Below, in pieces: positions 11,950 to 26,804 of a DNA stretch of 64,000 nucleotides. Each line of letters opens with the position of its first letter. The stretch's first letter is position 1. The stretch comes from Eledone cirrhosa (Eukaryota): NCBI GenBank assembly GCA_964016885.1, contig OZ024740.1, positions 243,164,001-243,228,000 on the forward strand, given 5' to 3'. Under the pieces are notes generated by a model. The model was not told the DNA's origin. It made no database searches and worked only from the letters and a program-made list of their open reading frames with translations. A program made the position numbers and the translations under genes.

Positions 11950-14900
11950 AACATCTCTCAAAAACAATCTTCTCGTATTTAAACAGATTACTGTTATACG
12001 TTCGCTTAAATTATGGTTGAATTTGTAGGTTTAAAATAATCTTCTCGTTAACTTCCCATATCCCTCCCCCTTCCCGCCCCCACTCACCACCATTATTATA
12101 TGGTCCAATCATAATTCAGCGGCTTATAATATGTTTCTCTTACCAATCTCTTTCTCAAAACCACCGCCTCAGCTATCACTCCTTAAGTTTAGACCTGGTT
12201 GCTTTTTGATATGCTAAATGGACTAGAGAATTTGGAGAGTCTGAAGAATCTGGACACTCAAATAACAATGATAAAGATAAATTCACCTCATGTTGCCGGA
12301 TGAGAATGCAAGGATTCCTCTTTATTTCAGACACGGGTGGCTAACATAACCCCATCTCCCTCACCCCTCCCTGCACCTCCAACCCATCCCTTCCACCCAC
12401 CAAATGAAATCCAAAACTTCAGAGTTGGTACCATGAATGTAGGCACTTTAAAAGGTCGCTCTAACAAGGTTGCAGAGATGCTTGAACGTAAGGAAGTTGA
12501 TGTTTGTTACGTTCAAGAGACTAGGTGGAGGGGTGGGTCTGCTAGATTCATTGTGGGTAAAAAACGAAGCTATAAACTTTTCTGGGTGAGAAATGAAAAT
12601 GGGTTGGGTGGAGTAGGAATTATGTGAGCAGGAAAATGGGTAGATAAGGTAATTGACGTAAATAGAGTGAATGACAGAATAATCAAAATAAGACTTGTCC
12701 TAAATAGAACTACTGTGACAATAATATCCGCTTACACACCCCAATCTGGACTGCCTGGCATTATAAAAGACAGATTCTATGAGTCGCTAATGCTCACTAC
12801 CTCCCAACTAACCGACAGTGACTACTTAATTATTGCTGGCGACACAAATGGTCATGTTGGACAACATTGTGACGGCTATGACGGAATCCATGGAGGCTAT
12901 GGGTTTGGTACCAGAAATCAGGAAGGCTCCAGAATCCTGCTAATAACCTAACTATCTGTAACACAAACTTCAAAAAATGAGACAATCACTTGATCACCTA
13001 TAGATCAGGGGGAACATACCAGCCAGATAGATTATATCCTTACTAGAAGACATGACAGAGTGCCTGCTGTAAACACTAAATCCCTCCCCCGTGAAGAATG
13101 CACCTCCCAACATATCCTCATAGAGTCAGGGCGAGAGGTACTTGACAACAGAAGAGGACTACGCTGAGAAGAAGAATATGGAAGTTAAAGGACCCCCCAC
13201 AGCCAGTAACAAATTTAAAAGCATATTACTTGATGCTTTTGACAGTAAGGAAGAGCAATTAGAGACGTACAGTATAGAGGAACAGTGGGAATTCCTGAAA
13301 GTTAACCTACTGAAGGCGACGGATGAAATCTGTGGCTGGAGCAGACCTATAAGCAGGAGGAGAGTAACATGGTGGAACAGTAACGTGGAGGAGACAATCA
13401 AGGCCAAAAAGCAAGCTTGGAAAGTATGGTGGGATGGGGGGATGGGGGAAGTAGAGAACACTATCAAGTGGCCAGGAGGGAAGCTAGGAGGCAAGTGTAC
13501 TTTACAAGAAGGGAAGCAGAGGAAAGAAAGTTCAAGCATGTTCTACAACGCGAGGACCAAAAAACGTGAGGTGTTCAGGATTGCTAGACAGTGTGTCAAG
13601 GAAAACCGTGATATTGTCGGGGAAAAGTGTGTCCATAAGGATGATGGTATACTTGCCATCACTGATACTGATAAGAAGGTAGCTTGGAAGTGTCACTACG
13701 TGAGGCTACTAAATGAGGAGAATAAGTGGGAAAAAGATAGTCTGCCCCAAATCGATCCAATAGAGGGACCAGCAGTGCAAGTTGAAGGTAGTATAATAAG
13801 TAAGGCAATCAATGATATGAAGACAGGCAAAGCAGCTGGGCCTTCGGAGATAGTTGCTGAAATGCTAAAAGCATCTGGATCAGTGGGACACACTATGGTC
13901 ACCCGGATAGTAAACCAAGTCATACAGAATGGGGTCATACCAAATGACTAGTGTAGCAGCATCATCATTAACTGCTACAAGGGTAAAGGAGATGCCTTAG
14001 ATAGGGGAAACTATAGAGGCATTAAATTAATTGACCAGGTCATGAAGGTCACAGAAAGAGTTATAGCGCAACTAATCAGAGAGCGAATTGATCTAGGTGA
14101 AATGCAGTTTGGGTTTGTGTCAGGTAAAAGTACCACAGACGCTCTTTTCCTTGTATGACAACTACAGGAGAAGTACCTAGCTAAAAGTAAACCCATATAC
14201 TTAGCTTTTGTCAACTTGAAGAAAGACTTTGACAGAAGTTCCCCGCTCCATTATCTGGTGGGCTCTTAGAAAACTAGGTATTGATGAATGGCTTGTGAGA
14301 GCTATACAAACCATCTATAAAGAAACAGTCAGCAAGGTTAGAATTAACAACGAATATAGTGAAGAATTTAGCCTAAAATTGGCGTTCATCAGGGCTCTGT
14401 CCTTAGCCCCCTCCTATTTATTATTGCCCTTCAGGCTATAACAGAGGAGTTCAAGACCGGCTGCCCATGGGAACTTCTATATGCAGATGATCTAACGCTC
14501 ATAGCTGAATCGATGGCTGAACTAGAGAAGAAATTCCAAACATGGAAGCATGGCCTAGAATCAAAAGGCCTTAAAGTTAACTTGTCTAAGACTAAAGTTC
14601 TAGTTTGTAGGAAGGAAAATAGGGCACTGGTCCCCTCTGGGAAATGGCTCAGCATGTAGGAAAGAACTAGGCAGAAACTAAGTATGGGTGCATAAAAGAT
14701 GTAGTGGGATCACAGGTAAGCTAACTAAGAACATAGATTTTATATGTGGGTGGTGCTCAGGTGCAATCAGTAACAAGTGCCCACAGGACACTAGCTCCTC
14801 CCATTGACCAGATGGTTCTATAGAAATAGTGGACACCTTCCGTTACCTGGGTGACAAAATCAGCAGTGGTGGAGGGTGCTCTGAAAGTACAGTAGCCAGA

Positions 14901-15790
14901 GTCAGAACGGGATGGAAAAAGTTCAGTGAGCTTATACCACTATTAGCTGCTAAAGGGTTCTCCCTAAAAATGAATGGCAGGTTGTATGATGCCTGCATAC
15001 GAACAGCAATGTTGCATGGCAGTGAGACCTGGGCATTGTGTGCAGAGGATATACGCAGACTAGAGAGGAACGAAGCTTGCATGCTCCGCTGGATGTGTAA
15101 CAGTAATATACGTGAACGGCAAAGCATAACCGAACTAAGGAAAAAATTAGAAATAAGAGGGATCAGATGTTGTTTACTCGAGAGAAGGCTACGTTGGTAT
15201 GGACACGTGATGCGCATGAAAGACGACAGCTGTATAAAAAAGTGCAGGGCGATCAAAATTGATGGAAGCTAGGGAGTAGGCAGACCCAGAAAAACCTGGG
15301 ACGATTTGATAAATTCCGACCTTACACACTTACACCTCTCTAAGACTATGTCACTGGACCGAGATCTTTGGCGCTACGTAGTAATACAGAAGACCCGCCT
15401 TGCCTAAGTACAAAGTGTAACCTCAGTAGGCACCTCTTAACCAAAAATACACCCCTGTCCCAACCCTACCCCCACCGCCATCTACACCACCTCTTTCTCT
15501 GTAAAGTTATGTTGGTACAACAACATCTAGTCCTAAATAAATGAGGTCGTGTAGGTGTCATGACAAAAAAACACACAGTCCACGCTGTAATGTGGGCGTG
15601 TAGGTAACACAGTAAAAACCTCCCAGTCCACACTGTAAACGTGGTTGGTGTTAGGAAGGGCATCCAACCGTAGAAAACCCGCCAGACAGTCCTATACGAG
15701 CAAGACAACTAATCTTGCCTCAAGTGGGAAAATTCCCGTCCAAACCCATGCAAGCATGGAAGATGGACGTTAAACGATGATGATGATGAT
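11950..15790 (+). mobile_element. RTE-clade LINE, family B, near full length and decayed
   Basis: APE motifs VGTMNVGTL, VQETRW and SAYTPQ. RT with LLYADD (ctatatgcagatgat at ~14476). C-terminus [12 protein letters not shown]. Tandem-repeat 3' UTR and (GAT)n tail. Homologous to but diverged from family A. 5' boundary approximate. Confidence 0.9.
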
Positions 15791-15866
15791 CAATGGACCT
15801 GTTATTTTTATCTAAAGACATTTTTTTCCAATTCCATCCCTTCAATCTATCTTATTTCTCATTCTC

Positions 15867-15902
15867 TCTTCTGATGAAGGACTAGTGTCCGAAACGTTAA
15901 GA
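15867..15902 (+). ncRNA. Minimal type-I hammerhead ribozyme
   Basis: TCTT CTGATGA a GGAC tagt GTCC GAAA CG TT AAGA: stem I TCTT/AAGA, stem II GGAC/GTCC, palindromic stem III AACGTT. Confidence 0.75.
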
Positions 15903-16096
15903 CCCTCTTCCTGCTATTCCAAGTGTTAACCTAATATATTCCTTCCATATACTGTACCGATTGTGTTGTTATTTGTGTTTACTTTTTGCATACACATATA
16001 TATATATATATATATATATATTTGCTCTTTATATATCTGATATATATTTATCCTTATCGAGCCCTCTTTGGATTTAGTCTTCAAATTTATTATTAT

Positions 16097-16138
<42 letters not shown>

Positions 16139-18170
16139 TTAATTGGATAGAAGCAAAGCAAATACTAGAATCCAAACAAACTAGTGATGTTCTGCAGCAG
16201 TAAAAATCAGTTCAACAAAATTATCCACCAAAAAATGAAATAAGTTTATGTGTGGCTAAAAGATAATTCTAAATTCTTTTGTTATATCTAATGAAAGACA
16301 CAGTCAAAATGTTTAAATTTTTAAATAAGAAGGAAATCAGTAAAATAACTTTTCCTTATTAAGCTTATGCTTGGAACATTACTCGACAAAAATTTCTTAA
16401 AATCATGATAGGAGGTTTTAATACAAGTACGAACCTCTTAAAATGAGCAGTTTCAGGTATGTTGGTATCAAAAGGGTTAAGGTATTTGGCAAGGCCTTTC
16501 ATTGGAGAATGAATAACAAACAAGTGCAGAGAGATTGTATATGAAGTTGGTGAGTGTAAGAATGAGGTGGTAGGAAATAAGTAGACAAAGGTTAAAGATT
16601 GGAACAAAAAGAGAAGAAAAGTAAAAAAGTTAAGGAGTTAAAAAGATTGTAAGATACATTTTGTGGGCTCAGTTGGTGACTTCTACTCTGAATATATTCT
16701 GAGTTATCTATGTGTAATCTCTGTACAAAAGCTATTGAAAAATGGCTAATTTTACCCTTGGATATTTTAATATTTCTAGCTGATCCAACAGTTGTATTTT
16801 ACACTTGAGATTAACAAATTTGAGAGAAGATCACAAACAACAAGCAATTAGCGGAGGTGGTGAGAGTACCGAGGAGATGATTATGATTTCTCTTTTTCTG
16901 CAGTGAATTATTACAAGATTAATATGTACCAATTGAATCATTAACTGCACCTTGCTTTGTCTTTAAAATGTTTTGTTTCATTATTGGACCTAATGAGCAG
17001 CAATTAAGGTTTGGAATTTTCAATCACATGCAGATGGTTAGAGATTATACTCATCAAAAAGTAGAAGAGATAAAAATATGAAAGATGTGGGTAATAGTTC
17101 AGCTAATCTTAAAACCTTAAAATCAATGTTAGTTTCATTTGGAGTTTCTTTTTTAAGTCTGTTTTGTTTTGTCATTTTTAGTTGTTAAAAAGTTAAAAAT
17201 ACTCATTTCCAATTTTCTTTTTTCTTTAAAGACGGGATTAATTTTTAATCTCCTCTGTACTGTTCCGAACAGACAGTTGTTGAACTCTTAACAGCTCATG
17301 ACCCTTATTTAGAGCAGCCTACAGCAAGTTAACAAGGCTATTGATAAGTATTCGATTAAAGCATCAACCATTTATAGCGGATGTGTTTTCTGACAGGATT
17401 TAAGATAGAGCCAACCAGTAATGCTGACAGATTATTATTAGTCTCATGTCAAAGCACATGCAATGCAACATACCAATTTGTTGTAGCAATGAAATGAGAT
17501 CAGTAACAGGCTTATAAAGTAATCCATTAAGTGATCAGTAAGAGTCTTTATTATTTCTACATATATATAAAGAATATGCCTGGGTGCAAGCATGACTGTG
17601 ATTAAGGATTTCATTTTGAAACCACATTGTCTTGGGTTCAATCCAATGCATGACATTTTTTTAAATGCAGTTCATAACCTTCAAGTGTCAGCTGCAACAT
17701 AGTAGACATGTGAGCAGTACTCTAATGTTGGATACAGCTGTGTCTAATAGAGTATCAGCAATTGTACAGAACTGAAATATATATATGTGGCCTTAACTAA
17801 ATTATATTTCTGCCCTTAAAGAAGAAATATTATCATGAATGTGTGATCAACATAAAAGGTAATTAGGCATTGTCAATCTTCACATGTGCAGAATATGTGA
17901 ATGTTTATACCACTGGTTGTTTATGAGTATAGTGACTAAGTGTTGCACATTAGTTTCAAATGTGTAATGGCTGTGGGTTTGTGTGATGAAATGTAACCAG
18001 GTTGCTGTGTCACACATCACAAGATATTTTTAAATCTATATTCAAAGAAGTTTTGCATTCCTGGTGGAAGACATTTAGGTTGTGTTTGTATGTGTTGATG
18101 CATGTGCACAGGTACTATAATCAGCTGCAGAGAAATATGTATGGTAAATGGTCACAATGAACAAGTTGTT

Positions 18171-18204
<34 letters not shown>

Positions 18205-20969
18205 GTTTAAAGTCTATCTTCAATGGTGATGAAAAACAAAGAAAGTAGGAGACAATAGAAATTTGAAGTGCACCAAAATTTATAGAATAGTGATGGAGAG
18301 ATTATATATTGTTACAAACAGAAATGGAACAATCTAATAGAAAATAACACTCCAGAGGGGAGGGACAGGAAGAAACAATACATTGACAAGTTGAATAGAT
18401 GTTTCTCAAGCCAGTTGCATTTGAAGGTTTTCTAATGCCAATGGCAATATCTTTTGCTAAAGTTCTGTAAGTCAAGAAACAGTTGATATGTGATGTGAGA
18501 AGGAAGAAATGGTTTTAAGTAGAAAAAGTGATTCATAAAATTAAAACGTCAACTACTACTCTGTGTGGCTGAGTGTATACATGTATGGATGAATATATGA
18601 ATAAATATATTAATTCAAGCTGGTAGTTCACTCCTTCACCACTTTAAGTTGCTTGTATGTGCTAATTCATCTCTTTGTTAACTGGATAAACACAAAACAA
18701 AAACCTCAGAAGAGCTTTGAATAAACTCTATTAAATGTAGGGAGTACTCTTTCTTTTATTATAGCCAAACTATATATATACACATATATATATTTAATTG
18801 GTGATAACACTAAGACAGTGTTTAAGCATAATGGAGGTTTATGTGAAAACATATATAATATAAATGGAAAAGAATGGAACGAAATTTCATTTCTCACTCT
18901 TAGTACTGCTGATACTTAAATGTAAGTATGTATGTATACGTACATACATATATGTATACAGACGTACAGTAGTATGTATATATATATACATACATGCACA
19001 CATATATATATGTATGTATGGGTTTACCGAACATTTATCATATTGTTCGGTTTGTTTGTAAACAAACAGCCCGAATTATGCCGTACAGTGTTCAGGCAAC
19101 CATCGTCACCTTTTTGTTCAACACTGACAAAGGAACGATGTACTAGTTTCAAGCTTAATAGCTATCATCAGCATCGTATACCTTCCTGCCAGATGATTGA
19201 ATGTCTGAAAGTATATACTTTCCTTATGCATATTAACGGCTGAGCAGCCTAATTTGCATATCGAGTGAGTTAGTCGGCCGGGCGCACCGAAAATGATAAA
19301 CGATAAATGGACTTATATATAATATACTTTATATACAATAAAGATATAAATATGTAAGTGTATTATATATACACATACACACACACATACATACATACAT
19401 ACATACATACAAACATACACACACACACACAAACATAATGTAGTAATCTATGTAGTCATGACAGTTATTCTAAACAATTTTGTTTTCTACACTTAGATAG
19501 CTTGTTTTGAAACATTTTCATTGAATCTGTATCATCCATTTTCATTATATATCCAAATCAACGTATTCAGTTTCTTTAGTCATTTTTTATTCAGGTTATC
19601 TCCACATAACTTTCCTCTTTAGAATATGCTCAACTGCTTCAGTTCAGAGTCTATGTTTGCCAGTCATGTAGCTTCAAACATCTAACAAAACTATACTTCT
19701 GTATATACATTATTTTTTTATTGTCACATAATCATCTCCTGGTGCCAAGTCTTATCCACACTATTAGAAAAACTAGAAATCAGAAAAGAAATAAATTTAG
19801 TTTGATTCATCCAGTTTGAATCAGCAAATTATCTAATGTGTCTTTTTTTTTAAGACAATCAAGTGTTATATGAGGAATATATAACGAAGATTTGGCTGCT
19901 ATTTCTAGAAATTAAGTGACCACATAGATGATTCCTTGTTGAATGATTATAGCAAAATACCAAAAACAATCATATCTATCTGTTCACTATAATGTTAAAA
20001 TTGAGAATCATTTGATAATTTCCTATTATCTGCACATTATTTCAATAAAAATTTCATGCATGGAAGTTTAATTCTGATGGTTATTCATACTTCAAAGAAA
20101 TAAACTTTTTTTTTTTTTTAGAGATTTGTTTCATTACAGGAAGTTGATAATATCTGACCAGAAAATAGTTTCACAGCTCAACAAGCTCACCCAAGTAAGA
20201 TGTAAATATTATTGACAAAATAAGATGGCAATTTGTTGTGACAACATATAGTTCATTTTAGAAAATAAAAAAAATCACCTAATTAGATTAGAACCTGTTG
20301 ATCATGTGTTTATTTAGTGGTTAACATAACTAGTGCTGAAGAAGACATCAGTTAATTCTTGCAGACAAAGATTAAATTATTGTTCTCACCATTTTGATAT
20401 CTACTTCACTGTGTGGTTTTAGTCAAAAGAAATTGAAATCATAAACTCAGATTTAAATTTAGAATCACATCATGTCATATCTAAAGTTTCATGTGTATAA
20501 ATCAAAAGATCATCATTCATATAACCAAAGAGGATGACAGCGTTTTTTTTATTGCTTAGTAAGGAGGAGGAAAGGCAGTGTCCAAGACTCTTTTCAGAGG
20601 CCTCTAAGACTGGTGGAGGTAGAGATGAAGGTATCCCCAAACTGAAGACCTGGTCTGAATACTTGCAACAGAATGTATTCTGGTAAAGGTATCCAAGATC
20701 CAGCTGGTGGTGTTAAACTGAGTCAAAATTAGAACTCAGAATGCTGTAAGACATTTTATACAACACACTAATGGCTCAACTAGTTCACTACCCTAGACTG
20801 GTATTTTATTTATCAATACCTAGTAGGTAACACCTTCCTCAACCTGCTATCCCCTCTCATCCACCTCCCTTAGTGGTAACCATAACTCCCCTACTATCCA
20901 TTCCACATCTTTTTCCCCCAAGCCCCTCCATCCTCCCTAGTCCCCACTGTGTTGTGTCGGTGCCCAGAA

Positions 20970-21300
20970 TACACTGTAAAGTGATCATGTAGGTGTCATG
21001 ACAAAAAGTACCCAGCACACACTGTATATGTGGTTGGCATTAGGAGGGCATCCTGCCATAGAAAATCAGCCCCAAAACTCCCAGCCTACACTGTAAAGTG
21101 GACGTGTAAAAAACAAGGCAAAAAGCACCCAGCACACACTGTCAATGTGGTTGGCGTTAGGAAGGACATCCAGCCATAGAAAACCAGCCAGAAACTTTCC
21201 TATATGATCGAGACAGTCACCTGATCCAACTTGCCACTAAATGGGACAAACCCATCTAACCCATGCTAGCGTGGAAGATGGTCGTTAATCGACGAGGATG
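20970..21300 (+). repeat. Solo RTE 3' UTR and tail, degenerate
   Basis: cactgtaaagtg tandem units, ggaaggacatccagccatagaaaa, ctaacccatgctagcgtggaag. Confidence 0.75.
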
Positions 21301-21767
21301 AATACTGGAATGATGAATGGTGAAGTTGATCTCAGTGAGATTTGAATTCAGAATTCTATGAGCCAAAATAAATGATGCTTCTACTAATTCCCCATCAGTG
21401 TTATGCAGTGTTCACAAGCATTTAATAATAGATTTCTCAGCTAGCACTTAAATATGTAGCATGAAGATGTACTGTTCACTACTATAAGCAACAGAAACCA
21501 TTGAGTGATTATTTCATCCTGTTCCAATTATTATTCAAACATTCTTAATGATAATTATCCTCTACAATAATATGGCTGAAATTTGAAGACTCCTACTGTT
21601 AAATAATACTTAAATCTAAGTTGTGTTCAATTTCCAGCCACTTGACTCAATCTCTCTTTATTTTACATTTCTATTATATCTGCTCAACTGATTCTGCTAT
21701 GAGAAATTTGCTATTTTCATATAGAAATTCTAATTGGCACTGTCTTAAATTCTATTCTGAGTACCAT

Positions 21768-22615
21768 ATCATCATCATCGTCACCGTTTAACGTCTATTT
21801 TTCCATGCTTGCATGCGTTAGATGGGTTGACCATGTCATGAGACAAGTCTGGCCAGCTGGCCATGCCATACCTTGCACAGATGGAACTGTATTTTGGTTG
21901 GGATTTTACATCTGAATGCCCTTCCTAACACCAACCACATTTACAGTGTGGAACTGGGTGACACAAATCTAGCTAGTTGGACACACCATACCCTGCTCAC
22001 ATCAGAACCATAATTTGGGAGCTGGGTGGTTTTATTATGAGGGAGATCTAGCCAGTTGGCCATGCCTTACTCACAGTGAAGCCGTGTTACTGGGTGGTCT
22101 TGTTATGAGCCAAGTCTGGCCAAATAGCCGCACTGTACCTTGCACATATCAGGACTGTGTGTTGGCTGGGTTTTTTTATGGCTGCTGGATTCCCTTCCTA
22201 ACACCAACCACATTTACAGTGTGGATCTGGGTGGCACCATTGTGGGGAGGGTCTGGTGAGTTGGCCATGCCATACCCTGCTCACAGCAGAATTGTATTTT
22301 TGAATCTGTGTGGCCCCATTAGGAGGGAGGTCTGGCTAGTTAGCTGTACCATACCTGCCTATAGTGGGGCCATGTTTGAGCTAGGTTTTTATGGCTGCTG
22401 GAAGCCCTTCTTATCACCGACCATAGTTACAGTTTGGAACTGAGTGGTACTATTATGAGACAAGTCTGGCCAATTGGCCACTTCATATCTTGCTCAAACT
22501 GGACCATATTTTTGGAAGGGATTTTTACAGCTGGATACCCTTCCTAACACCAACCACATTTACAGTGTAGAACTGGGTGGCACCATACCATTATGAGGAA
22601 GGTCTTGCTAGTTGA
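21768..22615 (-). repeat. RTE-tail-derived repeat with internal tandem expansions
   Basis: (CAT)n plus tail, then repeated modules tctggccagttggccatgccatacc and cccttcctaacaccaaccacatttacagtgt. Confidence 0.7.
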
Positions 22616-23759
22616 TATTTGAATATAAGCTGACCCTTTATTTTATGTTTGAGAAATGGGCAAAACTCCACAGCAGCTAATCAAGATGGCATGATTTTGA
22701 AATTCTCATAAGTATAAAATATATTTATGAAGTTTTAATATTTTGATATCTTTTTAAAAAGTTTTGTCATTGAGAATATAGCTTTTGTTTCACAACTCCA
22801 TTACATGAGTGTCCATTATATTAAGTTCTAACAAGTTTCTTAAATTTTTGTTTACTTCTAGCCACTCACACGCTAGGAGTACTTTGAAAGCAAAAAGATT
22901 GAATAAGAGAACTTTGTATAGCAAATCATAGCATAGAAGAGGGAGGGAAAGACGATAAGTGAAAGAGAGGGAAGTAGAGTGAGAAAAAGAGAAGGTGAGA
23001 GAGAGAAGTGAGAGAGAACAAGAGCAATAAAATAAAATCAGATTTCAATTTTACATTAGATTGAAAGCTAAAGTATTTTTAAGTCAGAAAAAAACGTATG
23101 CATGTGTGCATGAGTGCATGCATGTATGTGTGTGCTTGTATATATATATATGGGATATTTATACATTAAAAAGTTCAAATTATAAAATTTTGTTGGAAAT
23201 ATTTTCAAGGGGAGGCATAAATAACACCAATGGTGATCATCATCATCATCATCATTTTACATCCGCTTTTCCCTGTTTGTAGATAGTAAAAGTAGAAAAA
23301 CAATGTTACATTGTAATACAATCACTCCAGATATTAAGCACCTTATTTACATATAATTTGAAGTTAGTGAAAATTGGCAAAATATTGACCTTGAATTTAA
23401 GCTGAATCCCCATTTTACCATCGATTTCTTTGTCACAAATTTATCAATTTATATTCGAGTAGATATAATACTTGAAGAATATGGCTGAGACTCAAATCTT
23501 TGCAAATTCATTTAAGGTTATTGCTGTTGTATCCAAATAAAATATAAGAGTACATTGCTCTCCAAGTTGAAAGAATGAGAAAAATATTAAGATTACTAAC
23601 AATTAATTAATACATATCAATTCAGTAAAATTAAAATAATGATTTATCCCACTGAAATAAAGTCACAAATTTAGAGGAAAGGATATACTCAATACAACCA
23701 TAGAAGTTTAAAGTGAAGTTCAGATGCATGTAGGTCACAAATGACCATGTCATTTGCAC

Positions 23760-23995
23760 CTAGAAAGTCCCCCTTTCATGGCACAAATCTGGGCAAGGTT
23801 GTTGGTGGAAGACCAGTAGTCACCCATGTATACCTGTCTCCCCACTGCACACCACTAATGTTGTCCAAGGGAAAGGCAAAGGCCAATACAGCTTGACACC
23901 AGTGATGTTGCAACTCATTTCTACAGCTGAGTAAACTGGGGCTATGTGAAATAAAGTATCTTGCTCAAGGACAAAAAGGCAATGGAGTAGCAGAA
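23760..23995 (-). mobile_element. SINE (second family, CORE-like central domain)
   Basis: ctcatttctacagctgagtaaactggggctatgtgaaataaagtatcttgctcaaggaca, which reads tgtccttgagcaagatac on the minus strand, a motif typical of tRNA-SINE bodies. Confidence 0.6.
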
Positions 23996-24297
23996 TCAGT
24001 AGAACATTGAACAAATGCCTCACTGTATTTAGTTGATACTTTTAAGTTCCGAGTTCATATCCCATCCCAAAGTTCTGAGGCTGTCTTTGCTTTTTATTTT
24101 TCTGGGGTTGATAGACTGTAAGTAACAGTTAAGTATAGAATTAATATAATCCTCTGTTCTTTCCTCCAAAATTGGTGGCCCTGGGTCTATGTTAAAATCA
24201 GTAAAATCTAACAATATTTTAGGAGATTAAAGAATTAATCCAACACTCCAATAACACACAGAATATTTATACAATGACTACAAAAATAATTTCAGTG

Positions 24298-24752
24298 ACT
24301 TGGGATGAAATGATAAAAGCCGACCTTGCCCAATTGCACCTCTCAAAGGTGATGACACTAGACCGAGATCTCTGGCATTATGCGGTAACACAGAATACCG
24401 AACTTCCCACAGGCACAGGCCAAATCTGAAGCATATATACAGTATGCACAACCCCATTCCACTCTCCCATACATCTCATAAGAACAAGCTGAAACACTGT
24501 AAAGTGGTCGTGATGATGACACGGTAAAAAGCACTCAGTCCACACTGTAAAGTGGTCATGTAGGTGCCATGATAAAAAGTATCCAGTATTCACTGTAAAT
24601 GAGGTTGCCATTACGAAGGGCCTCCAGCTGTAGAAACCTAGCCAAAGTCAGTTCAAGACAAGGTCACCTGACCTAACATTGCCCACAACAGGAGAACTCC
24701 TCTAACCCATGCCAGCATGGAAAAATGGATGTAAAACAATGATGATGATGAT
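24298..24752 (+). mobile_element. 5'-truncated RTE family A (last codons plus 3' UTR)
   Basis: acttgggatgaaatgataaaagccgacctt matches 56854-56883. Tandem UTR units and (GAT)n tail follow. Confidence 0.9.
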
Positions 24753-25516
24753 CCACACACACATGCATTCATACCTAATAGGCATTTCTAAAATTGTTCT
24801 AAAAAGTAATCTTTAAAGATTTCATAAATGGACCCAAGAACTTCAACTAAATTCTGCAGTTTAAAAATGTGTATTAGTACTTATGGGTAACTACAAACCT
24901 ACATTATCACAATAATTCGGTAGAGAGGAGTTAAGAAAAAGTCGATAAAGTCAGAGACTTGAGTATTTGGTAAAAGATATGCCTACACTTTAAAAAACAC
25001 TACATGAATACAGTAAAACCTGCAGGGTATTTGAATGTTTTGATTACAAAAGCTAAAGTTATATGAAAAGAATGTTCTTATCATTCATCAGAGCAGAATC
25101 ATAATATGCGTGCCAAGTATGGGTTCCTCTGTATAAGAATATATTGATTTATTAGAATCTGTGCTGTGCAAAAGGAATTTGCACATAGAATAACAAGTCT
25201 ACAAAGCTGCGATATAAATTTCAGTCAGTGGCTGTTTGAATTGAAAACCAACTCTATTGGGTAAAATAAATAGATTTGACTTTTATTTACAAAATTTAAA
25301 AGCAATTAGTAAATTTAAAATTTACTCTTTTCAAGTAATTGTTGGAAAGAAATTATTAGATATCACACAGTTTAAATATTTTTCTGTGGGGCACAGCCGA
25401 ATCACTGCTCAGACTGGGGTGTAGAGTCTGTCCCTTCCTTCCCTTCTCCCTTTTTTTCATTGCTTGATTCTCATTTTTCTTTTTCTTCTTTCTCTTTCTT
25501 TTTTATTTCAGTGGAT

Positions 25517-25697
25517 TGGCAGTATCGGTAGAGGGTTGGACGCTATGCTTTGACGCATAGTTACGGCCCTTGCCATTCTGAGTTCGAATCCCGCCGAGGT
25601 TAACTTTCCCTTTCATCCTTACGGGGTCGATAAAATAAAGTACCAGTAATGCACTGGGTAATTGCTGGTCTTGTGCCAAAAAGTAGAAACAATTATT
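25517..25697 (+). mobile_element. tRNA-derived SINE, family S1
   Basis: ggcagtatcggtagagg (A box), gagttcgaatcc (B box), tttcatccttacggggtcgataaaataaagtaccag. Confidence 0.9.
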
Positions 25698-26804
25698 ATT
25701 TAACTGTAAATATTATTGTATGCAAAGAGAATTAAAAACCCCAAAAATTTAAATATTTATTTCTAAATTTGGCACAAGGCCTCAAATTTTGAATGAGAGC
25801 ACAGTTGATTAAAATCAACTGCAGTACTTGGTTAAAATTTGATCAAACCCATTAAGATAAAAAGCAAAAATCAACTGCAGCAAGATGTAATCTCAATATA
25901 AAGGGGTATAATTATATAATGTGAGGTTTTTTTTGTCTTTACTAACTTGAGCATACCTCTCCCTTGCATATTTCATACCAAACTGCTTCTGCTTCTTCAA
26001 TACAAAACTGTTTATATTTATATATAAACCTTTCATCAAAATTCTATGTAAGAACCTTTCTTAATTGATATTCCAAACACCAGCTTAATAATGAGAATAA
26101 TTATCGATTATTTTCGAAATGATTTGAAAATCATAGGCAGTGTCTTTCTTTCATTAGCAATATGATAATGAGAGGGTTAAAGATTAGAAATATTTTCTCA
26201 AATAGATCAGTAGAGATTTTGAATAAATTTACTCAAAACACAGGTTTAATACTTTAAATACCAAGCCACACAAAACCACCTCTAATTGAAACTCAAACTT
26301 TGAATTGAAATCTCACTGTTGCAGGAAAAATAATATTAGATTTCAGTAGTTAAATATTTGTCTTTTCTTATTAAAATTACTTCTGTGATTAAAGCACAAA
26401 GACAGTATATTCTTGTTAGAATTGACACATACAGGTTAAACCAGACCGTGGAAAGTTTTTAACATCAGGAATCTGAGCAAAATAGTAAATTTATTTCAAA
26501 GTATTTGCTATAACAGATTTTAATGAAGAGTTATTGAATTGGCAACTGTTGTATCTAGTAACATTTTTATATGCACAGAGAATTTATTTTTTTCTCATTA
26601 AATATTTGTGAGTGACTATGTGAAATACAATGAATGTGTATGTATGTTAATCATTATGCATCCATCATGTTTTCTTGTATTTGAACAAGCTTTTTCTGTG
26701 ACATAAATTAATATCAAAAATAAATTGAAAGCAGTGTTCTGGGGAGTGATAGCGCAATGGGAAAAATAATAAAATCTGAGTTTGGTCAGACAAGCCATAA
26801 TACA

